Source of the DNA: a virus
Lineage: Duplodnaviria; Caudoviricetes
Direction: 5' to 3' (one strand)
IMG/VR virus record: IMGVR_UViG_3300050343_000001
Location: 1 to 59,555 of that record
DNA length: 59,555 nt
Positions 46,835 to 56,040 of this stretch are shown here, in pieces. The first letter of the stretch is position 1. Every line of letters starts with the position of its first letter. A model generated the notes under the pieces. It had not been told where the DNA came from. It saw nothing but the letters and a program-made list of their open reading frames with translations, and made no database searches. Made by a program: the position numbers and the translations under genes.

Positions 46835-47047
46835 ATGCCTATCAAAGCTCACTGCATATCATGCGACCAACCCTACTCACAACGCCGAAAAGAATTGGGA
46901 TACAACTTCTGCCTAGACTGTGGCGAATACCAAGCGACTAAGCAACGCGCAGGTTGGTGTGTCGCACCTATCGCGCACAAGCAAGGCGCAACACTTGTCA
47001 CCAACTTCAACGACCTCAAAGGTCTCAACAAATACACGGGAGAGTAA
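46835..47047 (+). CDS. C4 zinc-finger protein (DksA/TraR-like finger)
   Basis: CISC...RRKELGYNFCLDC; GGAG RBS; first gene after the promoter. Confidence 0.65.
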   Translation: MPIKAHCISCDQPYSQRRKELGYNFCLDCGEYQATKQRAGWCVAPIAHKQGATLVTNFNDLKGLNKYTGE

Positions 47048-47048
47048 G

Positions 47049-47297
47049 ATGAAGTTCGAAAACTACAGCGTGGTGAAATGCCCTATGGGTATATCTATCA
47101 AACCTAACAATGGTGACAGCGATTTAGAAGTAACCTTAACTATAGAAAATGATACTCTACACGTAACTTTGCACGCACACGACAATGATTGGTGTGGCTC
47201 TGACCACATCGTAAGTGAAGCTCGATACCCAATCAAACATTACTGTGAATGTCACGCAACATACCAAGACTGTGGCTATCAGGATTGTTGCAGATGA
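47049..47297 (+). CDS. Hypothetical protein (start MKFENY)
   Basis: GGAG RBS; Cys-rich C-terminus. Confidence 0.55.
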   Translation: MKFENYSVVKCPMGISIKPNNGDSDLEVTLTIENDTLHVTLHAHDNDWCGSDHIVSEARYPIKHYCECHATYQDCGYQDCCR

Positions 47298-47524
47298 TGA
47301 AATTCTGGACAGTACTTCTACTGACGTATCACGCAGGGTCTGACGATGTCGAACCTATGACTTCAAGTATCCTGTTACCTTCGATGGAAATATGTGGCGA
47401 TGTGATGGACGACTTCTATCCAACTATATTCGCGCACTATCCTGACAGCATGGCTCAATGCCTAGAAACCGCCGAGGCTTCAACAACTATGACAAGCCCA
47501 ATGCCAAAACTAAGACCGTTCTAA
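47294..47524 (+). CDS. Hypothetical protein (start MMKFW)
   Basis: ATGA overlap; Cys pair. Confidence 0.55.
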   Translation: MMKFWTVLLLTYHAGSDDVEPMTSSILLPSMEICGDVMDDFYPTIFAHYPDSMAQCLETAEASTTMTSPMPKLRPF

Positions 47525-47535
47525 AGGAGAACATT

Positions 47536-48453
47536 ATGAACAACGTACACCAACTAACCGCCGAGTGTAGTCAACAACTACACACAGATGCACCAACACT
47601 TGGCTCATCTGCAATGCTCGTAGAAGTCAACATCTCTACATGGGCAGGTCGAAAGAAAGACAAGCGGGCTTCCGCTGATGTCGCTTCCGCGAACCACGCC
47701 GACAAAGAGGTTGCTAACGTGATCAAGAAGTTACTCGCTAACTCTGACACACTCAAAGCAATACAGACACATGTCACCGCGGCTCGCAACATGCACTCGA
47801 ACATGACGATGCCTTGGTCTAACTCTGGGCTACGTCTGTTACCTACAGCGCAATACTTCAACTACAGCGAAGCTATGTCGCAAATGCAGAATGAGTTCGA
47901 AGCACTCAAGACTAAGTTTCTAAATTCGTACAACGACGAAGTAATAAACGTACAGCTAAAGCTCGGCTCGTTGTTCTCGCGTGACGACTATCCCACGATT
48001 GAAACACTCGACAGTAAGTTTGCTTTCCGTATGAACTACATGCCATTGCCAGATGTCGGTGACTTCCGTGTCGATGTGGGTAATGAAGCACTACTCGAAA
48101 TCAAGCAGAAGTATGAGGACTTCTATTCCAAACAATACAATACAGCTATGAATGACGTGTGGACACGTTTGCACAAGGCACTGACAAATATGTCTGAGCG
48201 CCTAGACTACAGCGGTAAAGAGGACAAGAAAGTATTTCGTGATACGCTCGTTGGTAATGTCACTGACATGATAGAACTACTACGTGTGTGTAATGTTACG
48301 CAGTCTACCCAGATGTCCGACATGGCAAACAAACTCGAAGATGCAATGTCTGGTGTATCCGCCGTGGTATTGCGTGACGACAATACGTTCCGCGTCAGAA
48401 CCAAAGCGAAGGTCGACGACATTATCAAATCACTACCATCATTAGATATATAA
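47536..48453 (+). CDS. Helical phage protein (DUF3150-like)
   Basis: AAGGAG RBS; H...TMPW..SG.RLLP, F..DDYP motifs; precedes AAA ATPase. Confidence 0.6.
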   Translation: MNNVHQLTAECSQQLHTDAPTLGSSAMLVEVNISTWAGRKKDKRASADVASANHADKEVANVIKKLLANSDTLKAIQTHVTAARNMHSNMTMPWSNSGLRLLPTAQYFNYSEAMSQMQNEFEALKTKFLNSYNDEVINVQLKLGSLFSRDDYPTIETLDSKFAFRMNYMPLPDVGDFRVDVGNEALLEIKQKYEDFYSKQYNTAMNDVWTRLHKALTNMSERLDYSGKEDKKVFRDTLVGNVTDMIELLRVCNVTQSTQMSDMANKLEDAMSGVSAVVLRDDNTFRVRTKAKVDDIIKSLPSLDI

Positions 48454-48471
48454 ACAAGAAGGAAGAACAAC

Positions 48472-49566
48472 ATGACTAATCAAACACACGCAATGTATCA
48501 CATAGATTTACCACAATGCGTCGATCTTATCGTAGGCGTAGCTAAAATACGAACCGTACTCGCACAGGGTCATATGGGTAGTGGCAAATCATCTATGTTG
48601 GATATGGTAGCAGAAAGACTACCGAACCATCGCAAAGTATATTTCGACGCAACCACAAAAGACCTCGGTGACATTATGATACCGTCTTTGCAGTCTATAC
48701 AAGAAGAAGGTTGCGTCCGTATGATTCCTCACGAAGAACTCGGTCTACATATAGACGGGCCGATTATTCTTATGCTCGACGAGTATGGCAAGGCGAACCC
48801 TGCAGTGAAGACCGCTATGCTACGTCTGATGTTGGAACGTAAAATGGGTAGTTACAAACTACACCCTGACAGTGTTGTCTTTGCTACAACGAACATGGGT
48901 AGCGAAGGAGTTGGTGACATACTACCACCACACGCACGTAACCGTATAACTGTAGTACAGATCAAAAAGACTAATAACATGGATTTGATTGAATACGGTA
49001 TCAACAAGAATTGGGATCACAGCCTACTTGGTTGGCTCAAAGACAACCCACACTTGATGCACTCGTTTGAAGATGTGAAAGACCCAGACGAAAACCCATA
49101 TATCTTCCATCCAAAAGCGCAACGTGCCGCCTTTGTTACAGGTCGCTCACTCGAAGCCGCGTCTGACATACTCAAAGCACGAGCAGGGTTTGACGATATT
49201 ACTCTGACCGCCGCATTGATAGGTACGATTGGTGATCGCGGTGCGATGGACTTGATGGCGTTTGTGTCACTATCCGATCAGCTACCTACCTTGCAAGCTA
49301 TCAAAGACAATCCAAAGAGTGCCAAAGTACCTGACAGCGCCGCCGCCATATGTATGGTTGTGTATAGAACTCTGTCCGCGTTGGACAAAGACTGGCTCAA
49401 CAGCTGGATGGATTACTTGCCGCGCCTCGATACCGAAGCACAAGCTATGTTCGCTAATGGTGTACGCGCACCGAAGTATTCAAAGCAGTCAATGGTTATG
49501 ACTAACAAGAAGTTCACCGAGTGGGCTATGAAGAACAACCACCTATACACAGCAGATAAAATATAA
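48472..49566 (+). CDS. MoxR-type AAA+ ATPase
   Basis: GHMGSGKS Walker A, LMLDE Walker B, ATTN sensor, NR finger. Confidence 0.85.
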   Translation: MTNQTHAMYHIDLPQCVDLIVGVAKIRTVLAQGHMGSGKSSMLDMVAERLPNHRKVYFDATTKDLGDIMIPSLQSIQEEGCVRMIPHEELGLHIDGPIILMLDEYGKANPAVKTAMLRLMLERKMGSYKLHPDSVVFATTNMGSEGVGDILPPHARNRITVVQIKKTNNMDLIEYGINKNWDHSLLGWLKDNPHLMHSFEDVKDPDENPYIFHPKAQRAAFVTGRSLEAASDILKARAGFDDITLTAALIGTIGDRGAMDLMAFVSLSDQLPTLQAIKDNPKSAKVPDSAAAICMVVYRTLSALDKDWLNSWMDYLPRLDTEAQAMFANGVRAPKYSKQSMVMTNKKFTEWAMKNNHLYTADKI

Positions 49567-49577
49567 GGAGAGATATA

Positions 49578-49940
49578 ATGGGTAAACGATGGACAGATAA
49601 AGAGGACGGTATCCTCGAAACACTACGCGATGGTGGCATGACCTTTGAGGAGATTGCTTCCGTAATGGGTCGCACAAAGCAAGCAGTACAGCAACGTGCG
49701 CATATGTTGAAACGTAACGAGCCTACGTTTCGTGAAGTTGTGGATACAGCTTTTGAGAAGCACGGTATCGAGTTCGGTGAACCTGATCAGGAGCTTAAAG
49801 AGCTATTACCCGGAATCAATGCCTTATTCGGTGAACCTGATAAGCCGTTGCCGAGAATACAATACATGCTCAGTCAAATGGAAAGAGACTTAAAGCCGAA
49901 GCCGCAGTGGTGGAAAGCTATGATGTGGTGGAGGAAATAA
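49578..49940 (+). CDS. GcrA/Myb-like HTH protein containing a copy of the capsid N-terminal peptide
   Basis: WTDKED..L..L...GMTFEEIASVMGRTKQAV; QELKELLPGINALFG. Confidence 0.75.
   Translation: MGKRWTDKEDGILETLRDGGMTFEEIASVMGRTKQAVQQRAHMLKRNEPTFREVVDTAFEKHGIEFGEPDQELKELLPGINALFGEPDKPLPRIQYMLSQMERDLKPKPQWWKAMMWWRK
49773..49841 (+). repeat. 15-bp direct repeats flanking a capsid-gene-like segment
   Basis: TTCGGTGAACCTGAT at 49773 and 49827. Confidence 0.9.
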
Positions 49941-49941
49941 C

Positions 49942-50223
49942 ATGAAATATTGGATCGCAAATATTGATGAACGTAATGGGGAGTTTGAGTACGAGCAAAC
50001 TATAATATTCACAGCCGCAACCAAAGCGGAAGCTGACGATACGCATGAGTTTTATGCAAGTACATGGTACGGCGAAGACAATATGCGGTGGGACGAAGAC
50101 GATAATTGTTGGTGGAACGAACCCGTTGCTGTCACTGAAGGTCGTATGACCGAGATTGATGAACACACGTTCGATCAAATACGTAAACATGGTCTGCCAG
50201 ACCTAACAAGAAAGGGAGCATAA
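49942..50223 (+). CDS. Acidic hypothetical protein
   Basis: GGAGG RBS; operon packing. Confidence 0.65.
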   Translation: MKYWIANIDERNGEFEYEQTIIFTAATKAEADDTHEFYASTWYGEDNMRWDEDDNCWWNEPVAVTEGRMTEIDEHTFDQIRKHGLPDLTRKGA

Positions 50224-51495
50224 ATGCTAGCAATCAAACAACTAACTGAGGAGCAACGACTAACAAAAGCCGTTGTATCTATTATGAGTAGCCCGAAGTA
50301 TGTCGCACTCGCAGGGGTGCTAATGATCGGGGAGCGTTCTGTAGTGGACGACCCGAGCGTACCGACGGCATGTACCAATGGACGTGACGAGTTCTACGGA
50401 CGTGAGTTTGTAAGTAAGCTCAACGATGCCGAGCTTAGATTTCTGGTGTTGCACGAAGTGTACCACAAGTTGTTCCGTCACTTGACCACATGGAAACATC
50501 TATACATGCAAGACGCATACCTTGCGAACGTAGCGTGTGACTACGTGATCAACCTAAAGATTGTAGATGATAACTACCAAGATGGGTTTGCTACTATGAC
50601 AGGCGAACTTTCAAAAGGTTGCTATGATCGTAAGTATGTGGGTATGGACACCGCGCAGGTGTACAACTTGCTACGTAAAGACCAACCGCAAGGCGGCGCG
50701 GGTCGTGGTGGTGTTATCGTAATCGGTGATCCCGAAGATGGTGATGGTACACCGCAGAACGGTAGTGGCTCACTACCTGATGGACAAGAACCATTCGATG
50801 CACATGATTGGGAAGGCGCACAAGAAATGACCGCCGACGAACAACGTGATCTTGCCAGAGAGATTGACGAGGCAGTACGTCAAGGTGCATTGGTTGCAGG
50901 GAAGATGGGCAGTGGTGGTGATCGTGACCTAGAAGCATTGCTAGAACCACAAGTCGATTGGCGTGAAGTGTTGCGTGAGTTTGTGCAGACTACATGTACA
51001 GGCAGTGACTACTCTACATACCGCAGACCTAATCGTAGGTATCTGAGTAGTGGTATCTACATGCCAAGTGGTGTCAGTGAACAGGTCGGGGAACTGGTGG
51101 TCGCAATCGACACGTCTGGATCAATCGGTCAGGAAGAAATCACCGCGTTTCTTTCCGAGGTCAAAGCAATATGTGACACGGTACACCCAGATAAAGTACG
51201 TCTGTTGTATTGGGACACACAGATATGTTGTGACGAGACGTATGAAACGCACGAACTCGATACACTCGTACAATCTACTAAGCCGAAAGGCGGTGGTGGT
51301 ACAGATGTAGAATGTGTGACTGAGTACATTCGTGAAGAAAGCATCAACGCGCAAGCATGTATCGTGATTACTGATGGCGACCTATACAGTGGTTGGGGTC
51401 AGTGGACTATGCCTGTGTTGTGGTGCGTTATCGACAACAAGCACAAAGTGCCAGACGTAGGTAAATGTGTACACATAAAATCGAGGGACATGTAA
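50224..51495 (+). CDS. Metallopeptidase-VWA protein (DUF2201-like)
   Basis: PTACTNG, HEVYH, N.ACDY.IN, MIDAS DTSGS, GGGGT, ITDG. Confidence 0.85.
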   Translation: MLAIKQLTEEQRLTKAVVSIMSSPKYVALAGVLMIGERSVVDDPSVPTACTNGRDEFYGREFVSKLNDAELRFLVLHEVYHKLFRHLTTWKHLYMQDAYLANVACDYVINLKIVDDNYQDGFATMTGELSKGCYDRKYVGMDTAQVYNLLRKDQPQGGAGRGGVIVIGDPEDGDGTPQNGSGSLPDGQEPFDAHDWEGAQEMTADEQRDLAREIDEAVRQGALVAGKMGSGGDRDLEALLEPQVDWREVLREFVQTTCTGSDYSTYRRPNRRYLSSGIYMPSGVSEQVGELVVAIDTSGSIGQEEITAFLSEVKAICDTVHPDKVRLLYWDTQICCDETYETHELDTLVQSTKPKGGGGTDVECVTEYIREESINAQACIVITDGDLYSGWGQWTMPVLWCVIDNKHKVPDVGKCVHIKSRDM

Positions 51496-51947
51496 TGGGG
51501 TATCGTAGTGAAGTGCATATTGCTGTAGCCTTTGACAGCAAGAAAAACATGGACGAAGTCATAGCGGCGTACGCCTTGAACATAAATGTAGAGAAGCACA
51601 ACTTAGTAAATGACTGGGTCATAAAAGACGACAACATTCTGTATTTCCACGCAGACCATGTAAAGTGGTACGACAACTACGAGTGGGTGCAGGGCTACGA
51701 GTATATGTTCGAGCTTGTGAAGGAGTTTTGTGAGGCGCGAGGTTTTTCTTCCGCCTTCCGCCTCTTGCGTGTTGGTGAAAGCGACGACGATGTAGAGGAT
51801 AGGCACGATTGGTTTGATGGCGATTATGAACATAACGCCGACGACGATCCCCTCTTTGAAAATGAAGACGACGATACAGACACCACGTTGATGGACAAGC
51901 TAATGCTAAATATGGAGATTGTGAGAAAGGTAGAGGTAACACTATGA
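51495..51947 (+). CDS. Acidic hypothetical protein (start MGYRSEV)
   Basis: TAATG coupling; VKWY, RVGE..DD. Confidence 0.65.
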   Translation: MGYRSEVHIAVAFDSKKNMDEVIAAYALNINVEKHNLVNDWVIKDDNILYFHADHVKWYDNYEWVQGYEYMFELVKEFCEARGFSSAFRLLRVGESDDDVEDRHDWFDGDYEHNADDDPLFENEDDDTDTTLMDKLMLNMEIVRKVEVTL

Positions 51948-52165
51948 GTAAGATTGGCAACTATGTAGTAGGACTACAGGAGCAAGAGATTTTCATCGAA
52001 TGTCCTGAGTGCAAAGACACAGACCGACAGGGCAAAGTTACAGGCGAGGAGTTCAAGTGGACAGGTGACATGTACGAGCCGTTTGAAACATGGGTTGATT
52101 GCGAAAACTGTAATGGACTTGGGGAGATCGAACGTGACTTCGACGACGATTCGTGTGGGCAATAA
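51944..52165 (+). CDS. DnaJ-type zinc-finger-like small protein
   Basis: CPEC...G...CENCNGLG. Confidence 0.65.
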   Translation: MSKIGNYVVGLQEQEIFIECPECKDTDRQGKVTGEEFKWTGDMYEPFETWVDCENCNGLGEIERDFDDDSCGQ

Positions 52166-52222
52166 ATGCCCACGCAGATGCTTTAAACTAAACAATAACA
52201 TTTAACAACAGGATAAAAACAA

Positions 52223-53308
52223 ATGGCACTAACATATTCATCATTCAGTAGCTTTGACGACGTAGTTTATAACTACGAAAACACAAAGCCAATGGGCGGT
52301 AGCACTAACAAGGGTAAAGATATCAGACCCATAGGTGATCGCAAACGTAAGTACGAACGTATCGTAAAGATCAGCAACAACTGCTACGCACTATCAGATG
52401 GCTTTCACTTTGGCGACGCACACTTTAATTGGGGTTGGGGCTATACAGCTTCTGCTGAGTATGTACCTACACTAAAGGACATGGAGAAGTATGCACCTAT
52501 CATATGGCGCAAGAAACGTGATGGCACAGAACAAGTCACAATACGCAACGGGTATGGAGATCATGCACACAACTCACGTTATGCTTTTATAAACAGACAC
52601 ACACCGAGAGGTTTGGGGTTCACTATTGCTAGCGGCAAACAGTACATAACTAAGACAATGGGTAGGTATCCTGACCATAGGCATGATGAACGGTACTATC
52701 TAGCCAAGACCCATACCGCACCGCGTGTTATCTACGACCACATAAAAGATCAGCTGAACGCTAGTTGGTATCAAGAGAACGCTAAGAAGTGGGTCATGTT
52801 ACACGACGACAACTCTGCCTTAGTGTTCAACAAAGCCGAAAGTAAAGATCGGTTCTCTGGTATTGAGTGGGTACATGTTGAGGGGACAGGACGCACACTG
52901 CCGAAAGCGCCGCGTGTGAACATAGAACTCAAAGCCAAGTACAAGGACTCAATCAAAAAGTTTTTCGAATGGGGTATGACTATGTCACCGCTAATGCCAT
53001 TGGAGGACAACGAGTACCTACACAAACACAATCAAGACTTGGTTGAAGCCTATGGTCACGTAAGGGGCAACTATTGGCGTAAGGTAAACGCAAGTATAGG
53101 ACGTGAAATTGTACGAGGCGAAAGACACCCTGTACGACTAGCGTTTTGGGTAGAGTTTGCCAAACAATGCTACGCGCCAGACGAGCAGAGTTGGAGTTTC
53201 AACAGTACGCCGTTGCTGACTAAAATAAAAACCAAAGAAGATATTTCCCATGTACGGGCATGCTTCAACAGATTTATCAACACAGAACTTGGGTTCGTAA
53301 CAAAGTAA
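52223..53308 (+). CDS. Hypothetical protein
   Basis: 361 aa, AGGA RBS; palindrome at 52262 inside the 5' end. Confidence 0.75.
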   Translation: MALTYSSFSSFDDVVYNYENTKPMGGSTNKGKDIRPIGDRKRKYERIVKISNNCYALSDGFHFGDAHFNWGWGYTASAEYVPTLKDMEKYAPIIWRKKRDGTEQVTIRNGYGDHAHNSRYAFINRHTPRGLGFTIASGKQYITKTMGRYPDHRHDERYYLAKTHTAPRVIYDHIKDQLNASWYQENAKKWVMLHDDNSALVFNKAESKDRFSGIEWVHVEGTGRTLPKAPRVNIELKAKYKDSIKKFFEWGMTMSPLMPLEDNEYLHKHNQDLVEAYGHVRGNYWRKVNASIGREIVRGERHPVRLAFWVEFAKQCYAPDEQSWSFNSTPLLTKIKTKEDISHVRACFNRFINTELGFVTK

Positions 53309-53319
53309 GGAAAACAACT

Positions 53320-54210
53320 ATGAGTGACTTAGAATTAAAATTAGTAAGAGATTTAGAAAAACCAAACCCAGATGATAAGGTGTATACACCTAATCTAGAT
53401 GTGCAGATGATGGCAGATGCACTAACCAAAAAGGTTCGTGGTTACAAGACCGCGCCTAAAAGTTGGGAATCCATATGGGTTTACAGGCCGCAAGATACCT
53501 ACGCTATGGGTTGGATAAGATACGCAGACGTGTTTGAAGGCGGTACAGGTGACAAGCGGCATGCTGTTTATTCGCCTAACATACAGAACGGCAAGTACTC
53601 GTATGGGGATAATTGCTTTATGTCTTCAGCACTGCATTTCAACAAGGGGTTACTTAACGCATGTAAATACCTACGCCCACCAACCGCAAAGCAAGTTGTG
53701 GAACAAGTGCAAAGGGATTTTGCTAGAGGTGTGTCTCGTTCGTTGGACGAAGTAAAGACCAAGGCGCACAAGATAACGAACAAGATCGACACCGATGTAT
53801 TTGGTAGGACACGCCTAAACACTGCACCTCTTAAAAGAGAACTCGCTAACATACTAAAGTCAGACTATGAGTTTCTCGACAAAGAACTTGAAGTGCAACT
53901 AACCGAAGCCTTTGAAGCGGTTAAGGAGCTACATGATGGCAGAGATATACATGATAGAGACCACACATTTATTGAGGTCATACAAGCTCAAGGTGCTAAT
54001 CTATATCGAGGCTTCAAGAGAGTAAGCCAAAGCTACTCACTGTTTCGTCACGACGATAGCGCTGAGAACAAGATAGTGTACACACAGGAAGAACTACCAG
54101 AGAACCTACTCGGTGCGATGTCTGTGCTATCTATGGTCGAGGAAGATCAGTATGTTGCAGGTGTTGGGTATCGTGCAGGGGCAAATATGTTCTACATTAA
54201 AGGCGAGTGA
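53320..54210 (+). CDS. Hypothetical protein (start MSDLEL)
   Basis: AAGGA RBS. Confidence 0.7.
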   Translation: MSDLELKLVRDLEKPNPDDKVYTPNLDVQMMADALTKKVRGYKTAPKSWESIWVYRPQDTYAMGWIRYADVFEGGTGDKRHAVYSPNIQNGKYSYGDNCFMSSALHFNKGLLNACKYLRPPTAKQVVEQVQRDFARGVSRSLDEVKTKAHKITNKIDTDVFGRTRLNTAPLKRELANILKSDYEFLDKELEVQLTEAFEAVKELHDGRDIHDRDHTFIEVIQAQGANLYRGFKRVSQSYSLFRHDDSAENKIVYTQEELPENLLGAMSVLSMVEEDQYVAGVGYRAGANMFYIKGE

Positions 54211-54470
54211 GTGTGGGAACAACTGACACTATCACGTACCGCGTGACAATACATCCTACTACAAATAAGGTTAATGTAATGTCTTTTGATCTAGACGCTA
54301 TTGACGCGACAGGTTTAGGAGTATATGACACTATAAACCAAACACCTAAATGGATCAGGGAGCGCATTGCTACACTTATGCTTGTTGATCCTACACCACC
54401 GACTGAACCAATAGAAGGTGTAGGTCATAGGATCGACAAAACTACTTATTGGATTTACGCTGATCGGTAG
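54207..54470 (+). CDS. Hypothetical protein
   Basis: GTGA overlap; PKWIRERIATLM...GVGHR echoes the C-terminus of the preceding protein. Confidence 0.65.
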   Translation: MSVGTTDTITYRVTIHPTTNKVNVMSFDLDAIDATGLGVYDTINQTPKWIRERIATLMLVDPTPPTEPIEGVGHRIDKTTYWIYADR

Positions 54471-54549
54471 TTACTAACTACTATTTTAACTTTGGGGGGC
54501 GGACATCTGCCCTCCATCGAAGCCAGTTATTTTTACATGGAGACTATCA

Positions 54550-54858
54550 ATGGCAACAACACCAGAAGCTAAAGTAAAGAAGGTAGTTACAAACTACTTA
54601 AAGAAGATGGGAGCATACTACTTCTACCCTGTTACGGGTGGATTTGGACGAAGCGGCGTACCTGATATAGTCGCATGTTACAAAGGGTTGTTCCTTGGTA
54701 TTGAATGTAAAGCAGGGAAGGGGAAAACTACCGCACTACAACAAAAGAACCTAGACGATATTAAAACAGCAGGGGGTTTTGATTGGGTCGTAAATGAAAC
54801 AAACATGCACCAAACAGAAACACAGATTAAGTATTGGGCATCAACACAACAGGAATAA
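54550..54858 (+). CDS. VRR-NUC-type nuclease / Holliday junction resolvase
   Basis: TPEAKVK, GVPDI, IECKAG, TALQ. Confidence 0.85.
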   Translation: MATTPEAKVKKVVTNYLKKMGAYYFYPVTGGFGRSGVPDIVACYKGLFLGIECKAGKGKTTALQQKNLDDIKTAGGFDWVVNETNMHQTETQIKYWASTQQE

Positions 54859-54863
54859 ACAAT

Positions 54864-55397
54864 ATGAACATTTTGAATAACATGGAATCGCAAGAAGTTT
54901 TTATCGTACATCAAATGCCTACAGGCACTGCCTTTGGGGTACGTGTCGATAACGGCGAAAAGGTTTTTATAAACTCTAAGCTAGCTAAGAAGCACACTGT
55001 CGCAGAAGAACAAGTACGGACACTTATACTAATCCCGAACACTAAGATCGACACACCTTGGCAAGCTGTTGGTGTATCTGGGATTGATATTTCGCACTTT
55101 GAAAAGCCGACACCTCGAGTAAACACTATCGACTTAGAAGATCGTATTGTGAAGTATTTCAGAGAGGATGAAAATATGCACGCGATTGATGCTGAAAAAT
55201 TGGCGGAAGCATTAGACGTAGACGTTATATCTATGCAAAAAACACTGGAATATATGCACACTGCAGGGGAAATAAGTAGGGCTGAGGTACATTGTGAGAG
55301 TGGGCAACATGCACCCGATTGGGTTTTATGGTCTCCCCACAACGAATGGTTCGAGCTACGGGTAGATACTTCTGCGGTGGATGGGTATAGAGATTAA
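54864..55397 (+). CDS. Hypothetical protein with possible C-terminal winged helix
   Basis: AEKLAEALDV...KTLEYMHTAGEI. Confidence 0.6.
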   Translation: MNILNNMESQEVFIVHQMPTGTAFGVRVDNGEKVFINSKLAKKHTVAEEQVRTLILIPNTKIDTPWQAVGVSGIDISHFEKPTPRVNTIDLEDRIVKYFREDENMHAIDAEKLAEALDVDVISMQKTLEYMHTAGEISRAEVHCESGQHAPDWVLWSPHNEWFELRVDTSAVDGYRD

Positions 55398-55588
55398 TGC
55401 ACGACAAAAAGAAACTAACACCCGCCCTCGAGTACGAATTACAGTTCTTACGAAAACAAGTAGACTTCTGGCAACAGCAATACGTACAGCCAACTGCATC
55501 ACCATCTGCACGGGATCGTTACGATTACGCCAAAACAGATTTGACTAAGTTTGTAAGCAACCGCCGCAAAGAAGGATATAACATATGA
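55397..55588 (+). CDS. Hypothetical protein
   Basis: TAATG and ATGA coupling. Confidence 0.6.
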   Translation: MHDKKKLTPALEYELQFLRKQVDFWQQQYVQPTASPSARDRYDYAKTDLTKFVSNRRKEGYNI

Positions 55589-56040
55589 CCAAGAAAGAAG
55601 AACGTGTGTGGACGTATCTACTTGCCAACCGCAAGGCAAGTTCTAGCCAAGTAGCTGAAGCCGTAGGGGTAACTGTAAAATATGTAGACAAGATGATAGA
55701 ACGTATATCGTCGCCCAACTGGAGAGAAGAAGTACCTGTGCCTAAGTTTGTAAAGGATGACAACGCTAAGACTAGGTACGATCTACTGCCGCCAGAGTTG
55801 CTCGAAGAAACAGCAAAAGTTCTTACGTTTGGCGCACAGAAGTATAGCGCGCACAACTGGGCGCAAGGTGCATCTTGGAGTAGATACTTTAGCGCAATGA
55901 TGCGTCACATGTGGGCTTGGTGGAGAGGTGAAGATAACGATCCCGAAACAGGGTTCTCACATTTAGCTCACGCCGCATGCTGTCTTAGCTTTCTCATAGC
56001 TTATCAGCGGCGCGGCCTCGGGGAAGATGATAGAGTATGA
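55585..56040 (+). CDS. HTH fused to dATP/dGTP diphosphohydrolase-like (DUF5664) domain
   Basis: KDDNAKTRYDLLP, FGAQKY..HNW, RH..AW..GED.DPETG.SHLAHA. Confidence 0.8.
   Translation: MTKKEERVWTYLLANRKASSSQVAEAVGVTVKYVDKMIERISSPNWREEVPVPKFVKDDNAKTRYDLLPPELLEETAKVLTFGAQKYSAHNWAQGASWSRYFSAMMRHMWAWWRGEDNDPETGFSHLAHAACCLSFLIAYQRRGLGEDDRV

Noticed and set aside
49773-49841. CRISPR repeat-spacer-repeat targeting the capsid gene
   Set aside because: The repeats are only 15 bp and lie in frame within a coding gene. Treated as an insertion with flanking duplication.
51965-51977. GTAGT-N3-ACTAC here, an N6 variant near 56107 and a half-site near 1849
   Set aside because: Wrong spacing or incomplete, so not counted among the operator copies.
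54494-54515. Terminator
   Set aside because: A GC hairpin is present but has no adjacent U-tract; its function is unclear.
55585-56040. 2-aminoadenine (Z) genome pathway
   Set aside because: No PurZ-like gene is recognisable in an apparently complete genome.
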